A stretch of 64,000 nucleotides of DNA, taken from positions 1 through 64,000 of the forward strand of contig CAWVVV010000001.1 of NCBI GenBank assembly GCA_963933835.1, in the 5' to 3' direction. Within the stretch, counting starts at the first letter, position 1. Each line of letters begins with the position of its first letter. Made by a program: the position numbers and the translations under genes. The notes under the pieces were generated by a model. It saw only the letters and a program-made list of their open reading frames with translations. It did not search any database and was not told where the DNA came from. Origin of the DNA: an uncultured Puniceicoccaceae bacterium (GTDB taxonomy: Bacteria; Verrucomicrobiota; Verrucomicrobiia; Opitutales; Oceanipulchritudinaceae). This document shows positions 53,236-61,981 of the stretch, piece by piece.

Positions 53236-53715
53236 ATGCGGCGCGCTTTATACCCAGGAACTTTTGATCCCGTCACGAATGGTCACTTAGACATTCTTAA
53301 GCGTGCATGCCGGCTTTTCGACGAAGTTGTCGTCGCCGTCGCACCAAATGAAACGAAAGGGCCTGTTTTTTCGACTGCGGAACGCGTCGGATTCATCAGG
53401 GAGAACATTGGTGACCTGCCCGCTCGGGTGGTATCATTCAATGGTCTGCTCGTCGATTTCGCTAAAGAGATGGAGGCGATCGCTCTCATTCGAGGCCTCC
53501 GTGCGGTGTCTGACTTTGAATTTGAGTTTCAGTTGACGCAGATGAATCGGGAATTGGACAACAAAGTGGAAACGATCTTTCTCATGCCGAGTGCACCCTA
53601 TTTCTTCACCAGTTCCTCACTGATGAAGCAGGTCTCTCGTTACGACCCAGAGCGGATCAAGAAATATGTGCCGGCCAATGTGCTGAAGGCGCTCTCTGCC
53701 ACATCGATTAAATAG
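53236..53715 (+). CDS. coaD: Phosphopantetheine adenylyltransferase
   Basis: [14 protein letters not shown] and [12 protein letters not shown] motifs. Confidence 0.97.
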   Translation: MRRALYPGTFDPVTNGHLDILKRACRLFDEVVVAVAPNETKGPVFSTAERVGFIRENIGDLPARVVSFNGLLVDFAKEMEAIALIRGLRAVSDFEFEFQLTQMNRELDNKVETIFLMPSAPYFFTSSSLMKQVSRYDPERIKKYVPANVLKALSATSIK

Positions 53716-53724
53716 GCTACTGCG

Positions 53725-55053
53725 ATGTCTTCCTCCCCTGCCCTAGAGCCGGCTACGCGCCGATCCCTTGGACAAGTCTTCTTGGTCGTCTTTCTAGACC
53801 TGGTTGGTTTCTCCATTATTTTTCCCCTCTTCCCGGGCATGCTCGATTGGTATCTGGGGCAAGAAGGACAAAACAGCCTCATCGGCGAACTCGTCCGGGC
53901 GCTCGATGCACTGACTCCGGGGGAAGAGCCCAACCGCTTCCTCACAACGGTGCTCTTTGGCGGTATTCTGGGTTCAATCTACAGCCTTCTCCAGTTTGTC
54001 TTTTCGCCGATTTGGGGCAGGCTTTCGGATAAGCACGGGCGACGCTCAATCCTCATGCTCACTGTCGGAGGAACGGCGATCAGCTATCTACTCTGGATCT
54101 TTAGTGGGAGCTTTATTCTGCTCCTTTTCGCCCGCGCCCTCGGTGGCGTCATGGCGGGCAATATAGCCGTCGCGACGGCAGCGGTCGCCGATGTGACAAA
54201 GCCATCGGAACGCTCCCGCGGGATGGGTTTGATCGGCATGGCCTTTGGGCTTGGATTCATCATTGGGCCCGCGATCGGAGGCACCGCCTCGTTTCTCAAC
54301 TTGCTCGACTGGCTGCCATCAGGCGAGAGCTGGGGGCTGCATCCCTTTTCATTACCCGCTCTACTCGCATTTCTCCTCGCGCTGGTGAATTGGGTCTGGA
54401 TCGCCCGTAGCTTCAAAGAGACACGCGAAGCCAGCGCGCGGACGGCCACCCCCCAACGCAAGCGCTTCGCCTTTTTCGGAATCAAAATCGCGAGCATTCG
54501 TCAGGCGATCAATGTCTACCTCGTCCTCCTTGTGGCCTTTGCTGCGATGGAGTTCACCCTAACTTTTCTGGCCGTCGAGCGCTTTGCTTACAGCCCACGG
54601 CAGCTCACCCTTGTCTTTGTTTTCGTCGGGCTCGTCCTTGCCTTCACCCAAGGCTGGTTCGTTCGTCGCTATGCCGGAAAAATCGGCGAAACGCGCTGTA
54701 TCATCCTTGGACTTGTCCTCGCGAGTTGCGGACTTGTCGCGCTCGGGTTTGCGGGCAACACGGTTCTTTTCTACTTCGGCCTCGCACTGCTTGGCGCGGG
54801 GATCGGTATCACCAGCCCGACCCTCACAGCCTTAGTCTCGCTCTATAGCGATGACGACAGTCAGGGGGCTAACCTCGGAGCCTTCCGCTCGGCAGGTTCA
54901 CTCGCCCGCGCAATCGGCCCCTTTCTCGGCGCTCTCCTCTTTTGGTCGCTTGGATCGCTGACGGCCTATTTGATCGGGGCCGCCGCTGTCGGTCTTGCTG
55001 TCCTTCTGGCTTTGAAATTACCAAAGCCCACCGAAGCGCAAAGCAAAGACTAG
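53725..55053 (+). CDS. MFS transporter (TetA/DHA1-like)
   Basis: Motif A GRLSDKHGRR and GMGLIGMAFGLGFIIGPAIGG; multi-TM. Confidence 0.9.
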   Translation: MSSSPALEPATRRSLGQVFLVVFLDLVGFSIIFPLFPGMLDWYLGQEGQNSLIGELVRALDALTPGEEPNRFLTTVLFGGILGSIYSLLQFVFSPIWGRLSDKHGRRSILMLTVGGTAISYLLWIFSGSFILLLFARALGGVMAGNIAVATAAVADVTKPSERSRGMGLIGMAFGLGFIIGPAIGGTASFLNLLDWLPSGESWGLHPFSLPALLAFLLALVNWVWIARSFKETREASARTATPQRKRFAFFGIKIASIRQAINVYLVLLVAFAAMEFTLTFLAVERFAYSPRQLTLVFVFVGLVLAFTQGWFVRRYAGKIGETRCIILGLVLASCGLVALGFAGNTVLFYFGLALLGAGIGITSPTLTALVSLYSDDDSQGANLGAFRSAGSLARAIGPFLGALLFWSLGSLTAYLIGAAAVGLAVLLALKLPKPTEAQSKD

Positions 55054-55066
55054 CGCTTTTCCAGAA

Positions 55067-55094
55067 ATCCGGTCCTACTTATGTGGGGCCGGAT
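55067..55094 (+). terminator. Hairpin downstream of the MFS gene
   Basis: ATCCGGTCCTAC-TTAT-GTGGGGCCGGAT followed by TCCCTTATTT. Confidence 0.55.
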
Positions 55095-55140
55095 TCCCTT
55101 ATTTACCCTGTAAAATATATGCGAATTGCCGCCTAGAAAC

Positions 55141-55166
55141 TGAAGTTACCTCCCTCGGGTCGATGT
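55141..55166 (+). promoter_or_regulatory. Candidate sigma28 (FliA) promoter of the flagellin gene
   Basis: TGAAGTTA-N10-GTCGATGT compared with the consensus TAAAGTTT-N11-GCCGATAA; about 60 nt upstream of the ATG. Confidence 0.5.
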
Positions 55167-55227
55167 ATTGCAGCGTCGGCAAGAATGCTGGCTAAAGTAA
55201 AAATCCATTAACCAGAAAGGTAATATC

Positions 55228-56268
55228 ATGGCGAATATCGCATTATCATCGGGCATCCGATCAAGTCTCAGCTCCCTCCAAGGAACTGCACATCAACTGA
55301 GTTTGACTCAAAGCCGCCTCTCAACAGGCCGCAAAGTAAACTCTGCGATCGACAACCCAACTAACTTTTTCGCGGCAGCCAATTTGAATGACCGTGCGGA
55401 CAAGCTCTCCACTCGTCTCGACGGGTTGGGCCAAGCCGTTAGCACGCTGAATGCTGCCGACAATGCACTGACTTCGATGCGTAGTCTCGTTTCCGCACTC
55501 AAAGGTGTCGTTGACGAAGCGCTCGCTACCTCTGACAGCGCTGACCGTGGATCTCTCGGAGAGCAGTTCAACGAGCTCCTCGTTCAACTCAACGACTTCA
55601 GTAAAGACGCTGACTATAAAGGTGTAAACCTTCTCCAGTCCGGCCAGTCTGACGTCCTCACTGGTGGTAACGAATCCCTCGTGGTTCAGTTTGGTGAAGA
55701 TTACAACGACTCAACCCTCGACATCCAAGTGGTCAACATCACTGGTGCGACCACCATCTCGACCAACGCTGCAGGTGAAATCCCTGATCCTTCAGCCGTT
55801 TTAGGCGCAGGGGGCACACGGTTCGCAGTCAGCTACAACGAAGAAGGCGTTAGCAGCACAGATGCTGCAGTGATCGGTATCCGTTCTGCTGAAATCACGA
55901 CTGGAACTGAAACCGCGGCGATCGGCTTAGCTGGCACAGGAGCTGGCAGCCATCAAATCGCATGGGCTGACGACTTAACTTATCAAGCTAACCTCGCGGC
56001 GGTTGTTTCTAGCCTCGAAGCCTTTGATTCGTCGTTGATCAACACCGCCAAAGCGCTCTCGCAGAACGTTAACATCGTTTCTATCCGTCAGGACTTCACG
56101 AACAACCTCATCAACACACTTGAGGAAGGCGCGGACAAGTTAACCCTTGCTGACTTAAACGAAGAAGGGGCGAACCTCCTAGCTTTGCAAACAACGCAGA
56201 GCTTGGGAATTCAGTCCCTCTCTCTCGCGTCTCAAACAAACCAGGCCGTTCTCGGCCTCCTTGGTTAA
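55228..56268 (+). CDS. fliC: Flagellin
   Basis: N-terminal TQSRLSTGRKVNSAIDNP, DADYKGVNLL, and C-terminal LTLADLNEEGANLLALQ...SLASQTNQAVLGLL D0/D1 regions. Confidence 0.92.
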   Translation: MANIALSSGIRSSLSSLQGTAHQLSLTQSRLSTGRKVNSAIDNPTNFFAAANLNDRADKLSTRLDGLGQAVSTLNAADNALTSMRSLVSALKGVVDEALATSDSADRGSLGEQFNELLVQLNDFSKDADYKGVNLLQSGQSDVLTGGNESLVVQFGEDYNDSTLDIQVVNITGATTISTNAAGEIPDPSAVLGAGGTRFAVSYNEEGVSSTDAAVIGIRSAEITTGTETAAIGLAGTGAGSHQIAWADDLTYQANLAAVVSSLEAFDSSLINTAKALSQNVNIVSIRQDFTNNLINTLEEGADKLTLADLNEEGANLLALQTTQSLGIQSLSLASQTNQAVLGLLG

Positions 56269-56330
56269 TCGTCCTAGGCCACGACAAACACTGGGGAATC
56301 TCCCCAGATTGACGCTCGTGATCAATTTCA

Positions 56331-56360
56331 GGGAGTCGGCATTCGCCGGCTCCCTTTTTT
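56331..56360 (+). terminator. Rho-independent terminator after flagellin
   Basis: GGGAGTCGGC-ATTC-GCCGGCTCCC-TTTTTT. Confidence 0.88.
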
Positions 56361-56371
56361 GTGCCCTCAGC

Positions 56372-56398
56372 TCAAGTTTAAAGGTTTTTAACCGACTT
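56372..56398 (+). promoter_or_regulatory. Candidate sigma28 promoter of the flagellin-like gene
   Basis: TCAAGTTT-N11-ACCGACTT with canonical spacing, between the terminator and ATG 56425. Confidence 0.55.
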
Positions 56399-56424
56399 CT
56401 CTCTATAATCCAGCTCACAGAGCT

Positions 56425-57963
56425 ATGAGTTTCGTCTCACCCAGCCAAATATCAGAGTTTATCGACCCACGTGCCTTTTCTGTCAAAAGGACGACGGCCC
56501 GTGGCTTGTCTGAAATCGAGACGACTCAGAAACCCATCGCTACGTCCGATGCTAACAGCAGCCTCTCACTCCTTCTCGGAGCCCAGCAGCGGATGGATCA
56601 ACTACGGACTAACCTCCAAGGCCTACTCGACCTTTCGCTCGAAGGTGCGCGCGGTAGTCTAAGAGATGCTGAATACGACGAAGTCTACGGCAAGTTGCGC
56701 AGTTTGACGGCTGGCTACGATCAAGTCCTCGACGCCTCGACCTTCAATGGTGAGCCCCTCTTCGACGGGCGCGCTTGGGAGATTAACAACGGCGCCCAGC
56801 GAAGCTCGGTCGAAATTCCCAGTCTGTATCTCGAAGACGAAGAGACCGCTTTTAATCTCATCGACCGGAGCGAGGGCGCTAAGGTCGCAGTGAGCTACGA
56901 TCCCGCTACCCTCATCCGAAATTCATTTTCTGGCCTCGCCGGCCTCGACATCAGTGACTCGATCGGCATCGCCCGAACTGACGGCCTTCCCGAGCTCGAA
57001 GACGGCAAGTATCGACTCGAAATCGAATACAATGGCCCTGACTCGAGCCTCATCCTTTCCGATCAATTTGGAGGTAAATTAGAAACCCTCACGGGCGTCG
57101 ACCTCACGGGCACAGGACTTGAAACGGTTGAGTTTGCCTCAGGCATCCGCATCGAAATCGACAAGATTCAAGGCTCCCAAAACTTTGACAAGTGGGACTA
57201 CGCAAACGATGGCCCCGTTTCACTCTTCGCCGACCTCAACTACGAACGCGTCTCCTGGCACAATCTGGTCGGCGATGATCGAAATCCAGAGACCACCGCC
57301 GAGGCTGAGTGGTCATATAAAAGCCCACGTAAGTATAGCGCGCCGGCCGTCAACTTTCTCGAGATCGAAAACAATGGCGTTTCCGCCCTCACGGGTGAGC
57401 TCGCTGAAGGCAATTACAAGCTGACGGTTAAATACAAGGGAGCTGACTCGATCGTTGAAGTGCGCGATGCCTTTGGCCGCATGAAACAGCGTATCGATGG
57501 CCTCGATCTCAGCGCAGATGGCAAGCACTCGATCGATACCGGCCTCGGCGTGCGATTCACTTTCGAAAACATAGGATACGGCACAACCACCACCACGGTT
57601 AACGCCAACTTCGACTACACCCCTGCCCCCTCCCAAGACGAACGAGACTTTGATTTCCTCGCCTTTGGTGAACGTGTCGTAGGGGCGATCGAACTGCTCG
57701 ATGAGCAACTCTTTACGGTCGATGACCAGATCGCCTCCGTCCAACAGATCGTCCAGCTACAACGCGGACAATCCGGCGGCGCGAACAGCGGTGCAATCTC
57801 CCTCCTCAGTGCTGCAGGCGGAAATTCAGGCCTCTTAGGGCTACTCTCTGGAAGTGCCGTTCAGTCTCGCCTCACAGTCTCCGGCGCACAGCTATTCGCC
57901 AATATCAATGGAGCAACCTCTGCCCAAGGCGGCACCCAAACAGTGCTGAGCTATCTGGCTTAG
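56425..57963 (+). CDS. Divergent flagellin-related protein with two internal repeated beta-rich domains
   Basis: D1-like helix ending YDQVLDASTFNGEPLFDG, returning helix AIELLDEQL, and a duplicated segment ELEDGKYRLEIEYNGPDS / ELAEGNYKLTVKYKGADS. Confidence 0.7.
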   Translation: MSFVSPSQISEFIDPRAFSVKRTTARGLSEIETTQKPIATSDANSSLSLLLGAQQRMDQLRTNLQGLLDLSLEGARGSLRDAEYDEVYGKLRSLTAGYDQVLDASTFNGEPLFDGRAWEINNGAQRSSVEIPSLYLEDEETAFNLIDRSEGAKVAVSYDPATLIRNSFSGLAGLDISDSIGIARTDGLPELEDGKYRLEIEYNGPDSSLILSDQFGGKLETLTGVDLTGTGLETVEFASGIRIEIDKIQGSQNFDKWDYANDGPVSLFADLNYERVSWHNLVGDDRNPETTAEAEWSYKSPRKYSAPAVNFLEIENNGVSALTGELAEGNYKLTVKYKGADSIVEVRDAFGRMKQRIDGLDLSADGKHSIDTGLGVRFTFENIGYGTTTTTVNANFDYTPAPSQDERDFDFLAFGERVVGAIELLDEQLFTVDDQIASVQQIVQLQRGQSGGANSGAISLLSAAGGNSGLLGLLSGSAVQSRLTVSGAQLFANINGATSAQGGTQTVLSYLA

Positions 57964-58034
57964 TTCCTCTGTCAAAGAAGGGACGACAGACATTCTAGTC
58001 TTCCCTTTATGCAGCGCCTCTTTTCAATGGGCAA

Positions 58035-59231
58035 ATGCGCGTTCCTCTTCTTGAGCTAACCACCCAAAATGGTGCCCTCGCCGACCAACTAAAAACTACC
58101 GCTGCCGCAGTGATAGATTCGGGTCGCTATATCATGGGCCCAGAAATTGATGCCTTTGAGGTTGAAGTCGCCCGTTACTCGGGTGCTGCCCACGGGGTTT
58201 CCGTTTCTTCAGGAACCGATGCCATTTTACTCGCCTTGATGGCCCTTGAAATAGGCCCGGGCGATGAGGTTATCATTCCAAGCTTCACCTTCTTTGCCAC
58301 CGCTGGCTGTGTCAGCCGAACCGGTGCTACACCTGTCTTTGCTGACTGCTGCAAACGCTGCTTCAACCTGCGTGCGAGCGATATCGAACCCCTCATCACG
58401 GAGAAGACAAAGGCGATCATCCCCGTCCACCTCTTCGGTCAATGTTCGCCTCTCGACGAAGTCCTCGCACTTGCCAAGAAGCATTCCTTGCACGTCGTCG
58501 AAGACACCGCTCAGGCGATCGGTGCCCGCATCGGAGAGCGTCAAGCTGGCAGCATGGGAACAGCGAGCGCCTTCAGTTTCTTCCCTTCCAAGAATCTAGG
58601 AGGCTTCGGCGATAGCGGTATCGTCCTCACCCAAGATGCCGACCTCGCAGAGCGCATGCGCATCCTCCGCAATCACGGCTCTGCGCCGAAATACTACCAC
58701 TCGCACATCGGTGGAAATTTCCGCATGGATCCACTTCAAGCGGCCCTCCTTCGGCTCAAGTTACCGCAGCTCGATGGCTACCTCGCTGCCCGACGTGCGA
58801 ATGCCGCACACTATCGCGCGGGCCTCGCCGGTGTCGACGGTGTCGACGGTGTCGAAACGGCAGCCCAGTCTAGCGGATGTACAAGTGGCTGCCTATCCGA
58901 GCAATCCTCAGCGCGACTCATCCTCCCGGTAGAACTCGAAGGGCATTTCCACACCTACAACCAATTCACCCTTCGCCTTCCTGGGAAGGGCCGTCGGGAT
59001 GCCCTCCGCACTTACCTCAACGAAGCTGAGATCGGAGCTGAAATCTACTACCCCCTTCCTCTCCACAAGCAGGCCTGTTTTGCAAATTTACCGACGGCCG
59101 CCCAACCGCTTCCAAACTGTGAGCAGCTCGCTGAAGAAGTGGTCAGCATTCCAATCTATCCGGAACTCGAAGAGGCCCAAGTTGCCTTTGTGATCGAGAA
59201 GATCAAAAGCTTCCTCGAATCGGAAAATTAA
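58035..59231 (+). CDS. DegT/DnrJ/EryC1/StrS PLP aminotransferase (GnnB/WbpE-like)
   Basis: SSGTDAI, PVHLFGQ, EDTAQAIG, SFFPSKNLGGFGDSG and GGNFRMD motifs. Confidence 0.93.
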   Translation: MRVPLLELTTQNGALADQLKTTAAAVIDSGRYIMGPEIDAFEVEVARYSGAAHGVSVSSGTDAILLALMALEIGPGDEVIIPSFTFFATAGCVSRTGATPVFADCCKRCFNLRASDIEPLITEKTKAIIPVHLFGQCSPLDEVLALAKKHSLHVVEDTAQAIGARIGERQAGSMGTASAFSFFPSKNLGGFGDSGIVLTQDADLAERMRILRNHGSAPKYYHSHIGGNFRMDPLQAALLRLKLPQLDGYLAARRANAAHYRAGLAGVDGVDGVETAAQSSGCTSGCLSEQSSARLILPVELEGHFHTYNQFTLRLPGKGRRDALRTYLNEAEIGAEIYYPLPLHKQACFANLPTAAQPLPNCEQLAEEVVSIPIYPELEEAQVAFVIEKIKSFLESEN

Positions 59232-59349
59232 TTCAAAGGCTCTCGAATAGACGCGAAATACGAATTTCAATTGTAGCACCATGGGGGCTAGAACTATACC
59301 CACAATCAGACACCTAAGCTACTAAGTTAGGTCTTCACCCGACGACTGC

Positions 59350-60042
59350 ATGACGATCCACTCTTTCCCATCTTACACACACACGACTTCGCCCTTTGCC
59401 GCCGAAGGTCTGCCTTCAGACCTGAGCGAAAAAAAGGTCGGAATTATCGGCCTCGGCACCGCCGGGCTACCTCTTCTCATCGAGTTTGCTCGAAAAGGAC
59501 ATCGCGTCGTCGGTTTCGATCTCGACGAGGACAGGGTCAAGAGCGTGAACGAGGGGGAAAGTTATCTCGAGCACATCAGTGCGAACGATCTCAGCTCACT
59601 CCTCGAGCATCGCAGAATCGAAGCTACAGCCTCTTTCAAGCGTATCACTGAAGTCGATGCAGCCATCATCTGTGTCCCGAATCCGCTCAATGCCAACGGC
59701 GAACCTGACTTATCCTACGTCCTCAAGGCAGCCGAAGCGATCGCTCCACATATGCAGAAAGGCGTCCTCATCGCTCTCGAGTCGACGATCTATCCAAGCA
59801 CGACTGACGGGGAGCTGAAAGCAGCCCTTGAAGAGGGATCGGATATGCGCGCGGGGATAGACTTCCATCTCGCCTTTTCAACCGAGCGTAAAGACCCCGA
59901 AAACCCTGCTAGTCATTTCGGCATCGTTCAAAAACACATCGGCGGACTCACTCCCAGATGCCTCGAGCTCGCCGTCGGCTACTACAGTCGGGTCCACGAA
60001 GTCATTAAGCACACAGCAAAGAGCCCAACCGAAGACAATTGA
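59350..60042 (+). pseudogene. Nucleotide-sugar 6-dehydrogenase (WbpA/WecC-like), NAD-binding domain only
   Basis: GIIGLGTAGLP, ICVPNP, LESTIYP and AFSTERKDP motifs, several of them degenerate. It stops before the catalytic K...N helix and the GGHC motif. Confidence 0.75.
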
Positions 60043-60172
60043 GCTGAGCTTAATTGTCAGTTCGGGCCATACAATCACGGCTCGTATCCAGAAAACGACG
60101 ACACTGCTTATAGCGCTCGCAATCAGTTTCGTGCTCTAATCCGAGAACAATCAAGATTTCGTCGCAAGGGAA

Positions 60173-60658
60173 CTACTCGCTCGTAAAACTATAATTGGTG
60201 ACGAACTTCACCGTCCGATTTCCGAGATCGATATGTAAATCAAGCCGCCCATTTCTACTTCCTGAGTCGAAGGGCGTGAAGCGGCAATAGAGCCGTCGCT
60301 GGGCGTCTGGGAAGGTCTCCGAGTCACACCAGCCTGTCAGCTCGCCGCCCTGTGCAAAGACAGCTTCGCCGGTCTCGTCGAGGGGCAGGAAGAGTTCACC
60401 TGACTCGTTTTTGGATTTACGAAGAGGCACGCGAATTTCATAGCGCCCCTTCAGGATGGGAGTGCCATCCACTTCCAATAGCGCTAGATCACTGACTGCA
60501 AGCGTCACTTCAGCGATGAAAACGCGTGTTCGAGCCTCTTCTACAACCAGTTTTGAAGACGACGTTACTTGCGCAAAAAGGCTGAGCGGAAGGACGATCC
60601 AGAGTGGAATCAAATAGCGCACAGCACCCAAACAACTAGCGACCGTGCAACAACGCAT
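60173..60658 (-). CDS. Hypothetical secreted protein
   Basis: Signal-peptide-like stretch, then a beta-rich body; abuts the upstream ORF (TAG-ATG). Confidence 0.65.
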   Translation of the reverse strand: MRCCTVASCLGAVRYLIPLWIVLPLSLFAQVTSSSKLVVEEARTRVFIAEVTLAVSDLALLEVDGTPILKGRYEIRVPLRKSKNESGELFLPLDETGEAVFAQGGELTGWCDSETFPDAQRRLYCRFTPFDSGSRNGRLDLHIDLGNRTVKFVTNYSFTSE

Positions 60659-60895
60659 CTACGCTGTCGTCAGAGCCGTCGCCATGTCTTGATCAAAGAC
60701 CAAGTGGACCTCTTCAGCCAAAGGCTGCGCTTCATCACCATAGTGTTTTGCAATCGCAGCGGAGAGATTAACCTCAAAATCAACGAAGCTATCTGCGCAT
60801 GTCGTAATGCTTGCATTCAAACACCGAGCGGAAACTCCGCCTGCACCGTCATTAAACACTTCAAACACTAATTTTGGGTCTACTGAAGGAAACAT
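60659..60895 (-). CDS. Small HicB-like fold protein (78 aa)
   Basis: LVFEVFNDGAGGVSARCLNASITTCADSFVDFEVNLSAAIAKHY follows the HicB N-terminal pattern (beta, GG-x-x-A, I-x-T-x-A/G-D-S/T, helix). Confidence 0.55.
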   Translation of the reverse strand: MFPSVDPKLVFEVFNDGAGGVSARCLNASITTCADSFVDFEVNLSAAIAKHYGDEAQPLAEEVHLVFDQDMATALTTA

Positions 60896-61028
60896 AGATG
60901 GATAGGTGAGGGTTCGCTAAAAAGCTTAGGATCATTCACACTTCGCCAAAATAGGCGAGGTTAAACCGTAACCATTCCTTAACCTTAGGTGCAGATAAAG
61001 CACCTGGTGCCCCACCAAGAAAAGCAAT

Positions 61029-61844
61029 CTACTTGGATTCTTCGGGCTGTTCTTCAGGGACCTCTGCCTCACCCTGAGTGAGTTCCGCCGGTGGCTCTTC
61101 CTCAACCGGAGCGGCTTCTTCGACCGCCCGATCATCGGCAAGTCCGAGCTCGGCATTGCCTACAACCGGCTCCTGATTCGTCGCTTGTAGGATCCATTCA
61201 CTCAATTGCTGAGGCGAAAGCACGTCGCTAGCTGGGAGCTCTTCAATCGACCTAAGTCCAGAGAACTCCAAGAAGCCGTCGGTAGTTCCAAACTGTAAGG
61301 GGCGGCCTGGCAGCTCAGCACGGCCCATCACAGCAACGAGCTGGCGCTCGACCAAGCGATTTAAAGCACTGTCGCTCGAGACACCTCTAATCGCCTCGAT
61401 CTCGGCCCGTGTCACAGGTTGACGATAGGCGACAATCGCAAGGGTCTCCATCTGCGCTGGACTGAAGCGCTGCGGCCGTGGCTCATCGCGCAACAAACGC
61501 ACCCAGTCCGCGAGGTCGGGAGCAACAATTAGGCGATAGCCCAGAGCTCCCTCTTGCAGGCGGTAAGGCGCACGCTCCTCGACGAGTTCACTCGCGATTT
61601 CGATCATCGCTTCGCGTACCTGCGTCGACGTGAGCAACGTGGGCACCTGGTCGAGAAGGTCGGACATCACGCCCTGCCCTTCTTCGTCGGCCGCGGCGTT
61701 TTCGCCTGATTCGGCAACCAGTTCCGCACGTTCCTCGTCCGCCTGATGGTGATAGCGGGTAATAACAGCCTGTACGTCTTTAATCGAGAGCGGCTCGTTC
61801 GTCGCAAAGAGGAGGGCTTTTAGAATGCGCTGGAGATCAAACAT
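61029..61844 (-). CDS. scpB: SMC-Scp complex subunit ScpB
   Basis: ALLFATNEPL, ETLAIVAYRQPVTRAEIEAIRGVSS and PGRPLQFGTT motifs; start placed at MFDLQ. Confidence 0.95.
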   Translation of the reverse strand: MFDLQRILKALLFATNEPLSIKDVQAVITRYHHQADEERAELVAESGENAAADEEGQGVMSDLLDQVPTLLTSTQVREAMIEIASELVEERAPYRLQEGALGYRLIVAPDLADWVRLLRDEPRPQRFSPAQMETLAIVAYRQPVTRAEIEAIRGVSSDSALNRLVERQLVAVMGRAELPGRPLQFGTTDGFLEFSGLRSIEELPASDVLSPQQLSEWILQATNQEPVVGNAELGLADDRAVEEAAPVEEEPPAELTQGEAEVPEEQPEESK

Positions 61845-61981
61845 GCAGAAGAACGAAAGAAAGCGAGATCGTGGGGAAGGAGAAGAAAATTCGCTGAATA
61901 AGGGTAGGCAAAGAAGACTTTCTGCCCGAAACGAGCTTTTCCCTTTCATTTCAGGCGGTGAACGGTTTTTCTCCTCACCTT

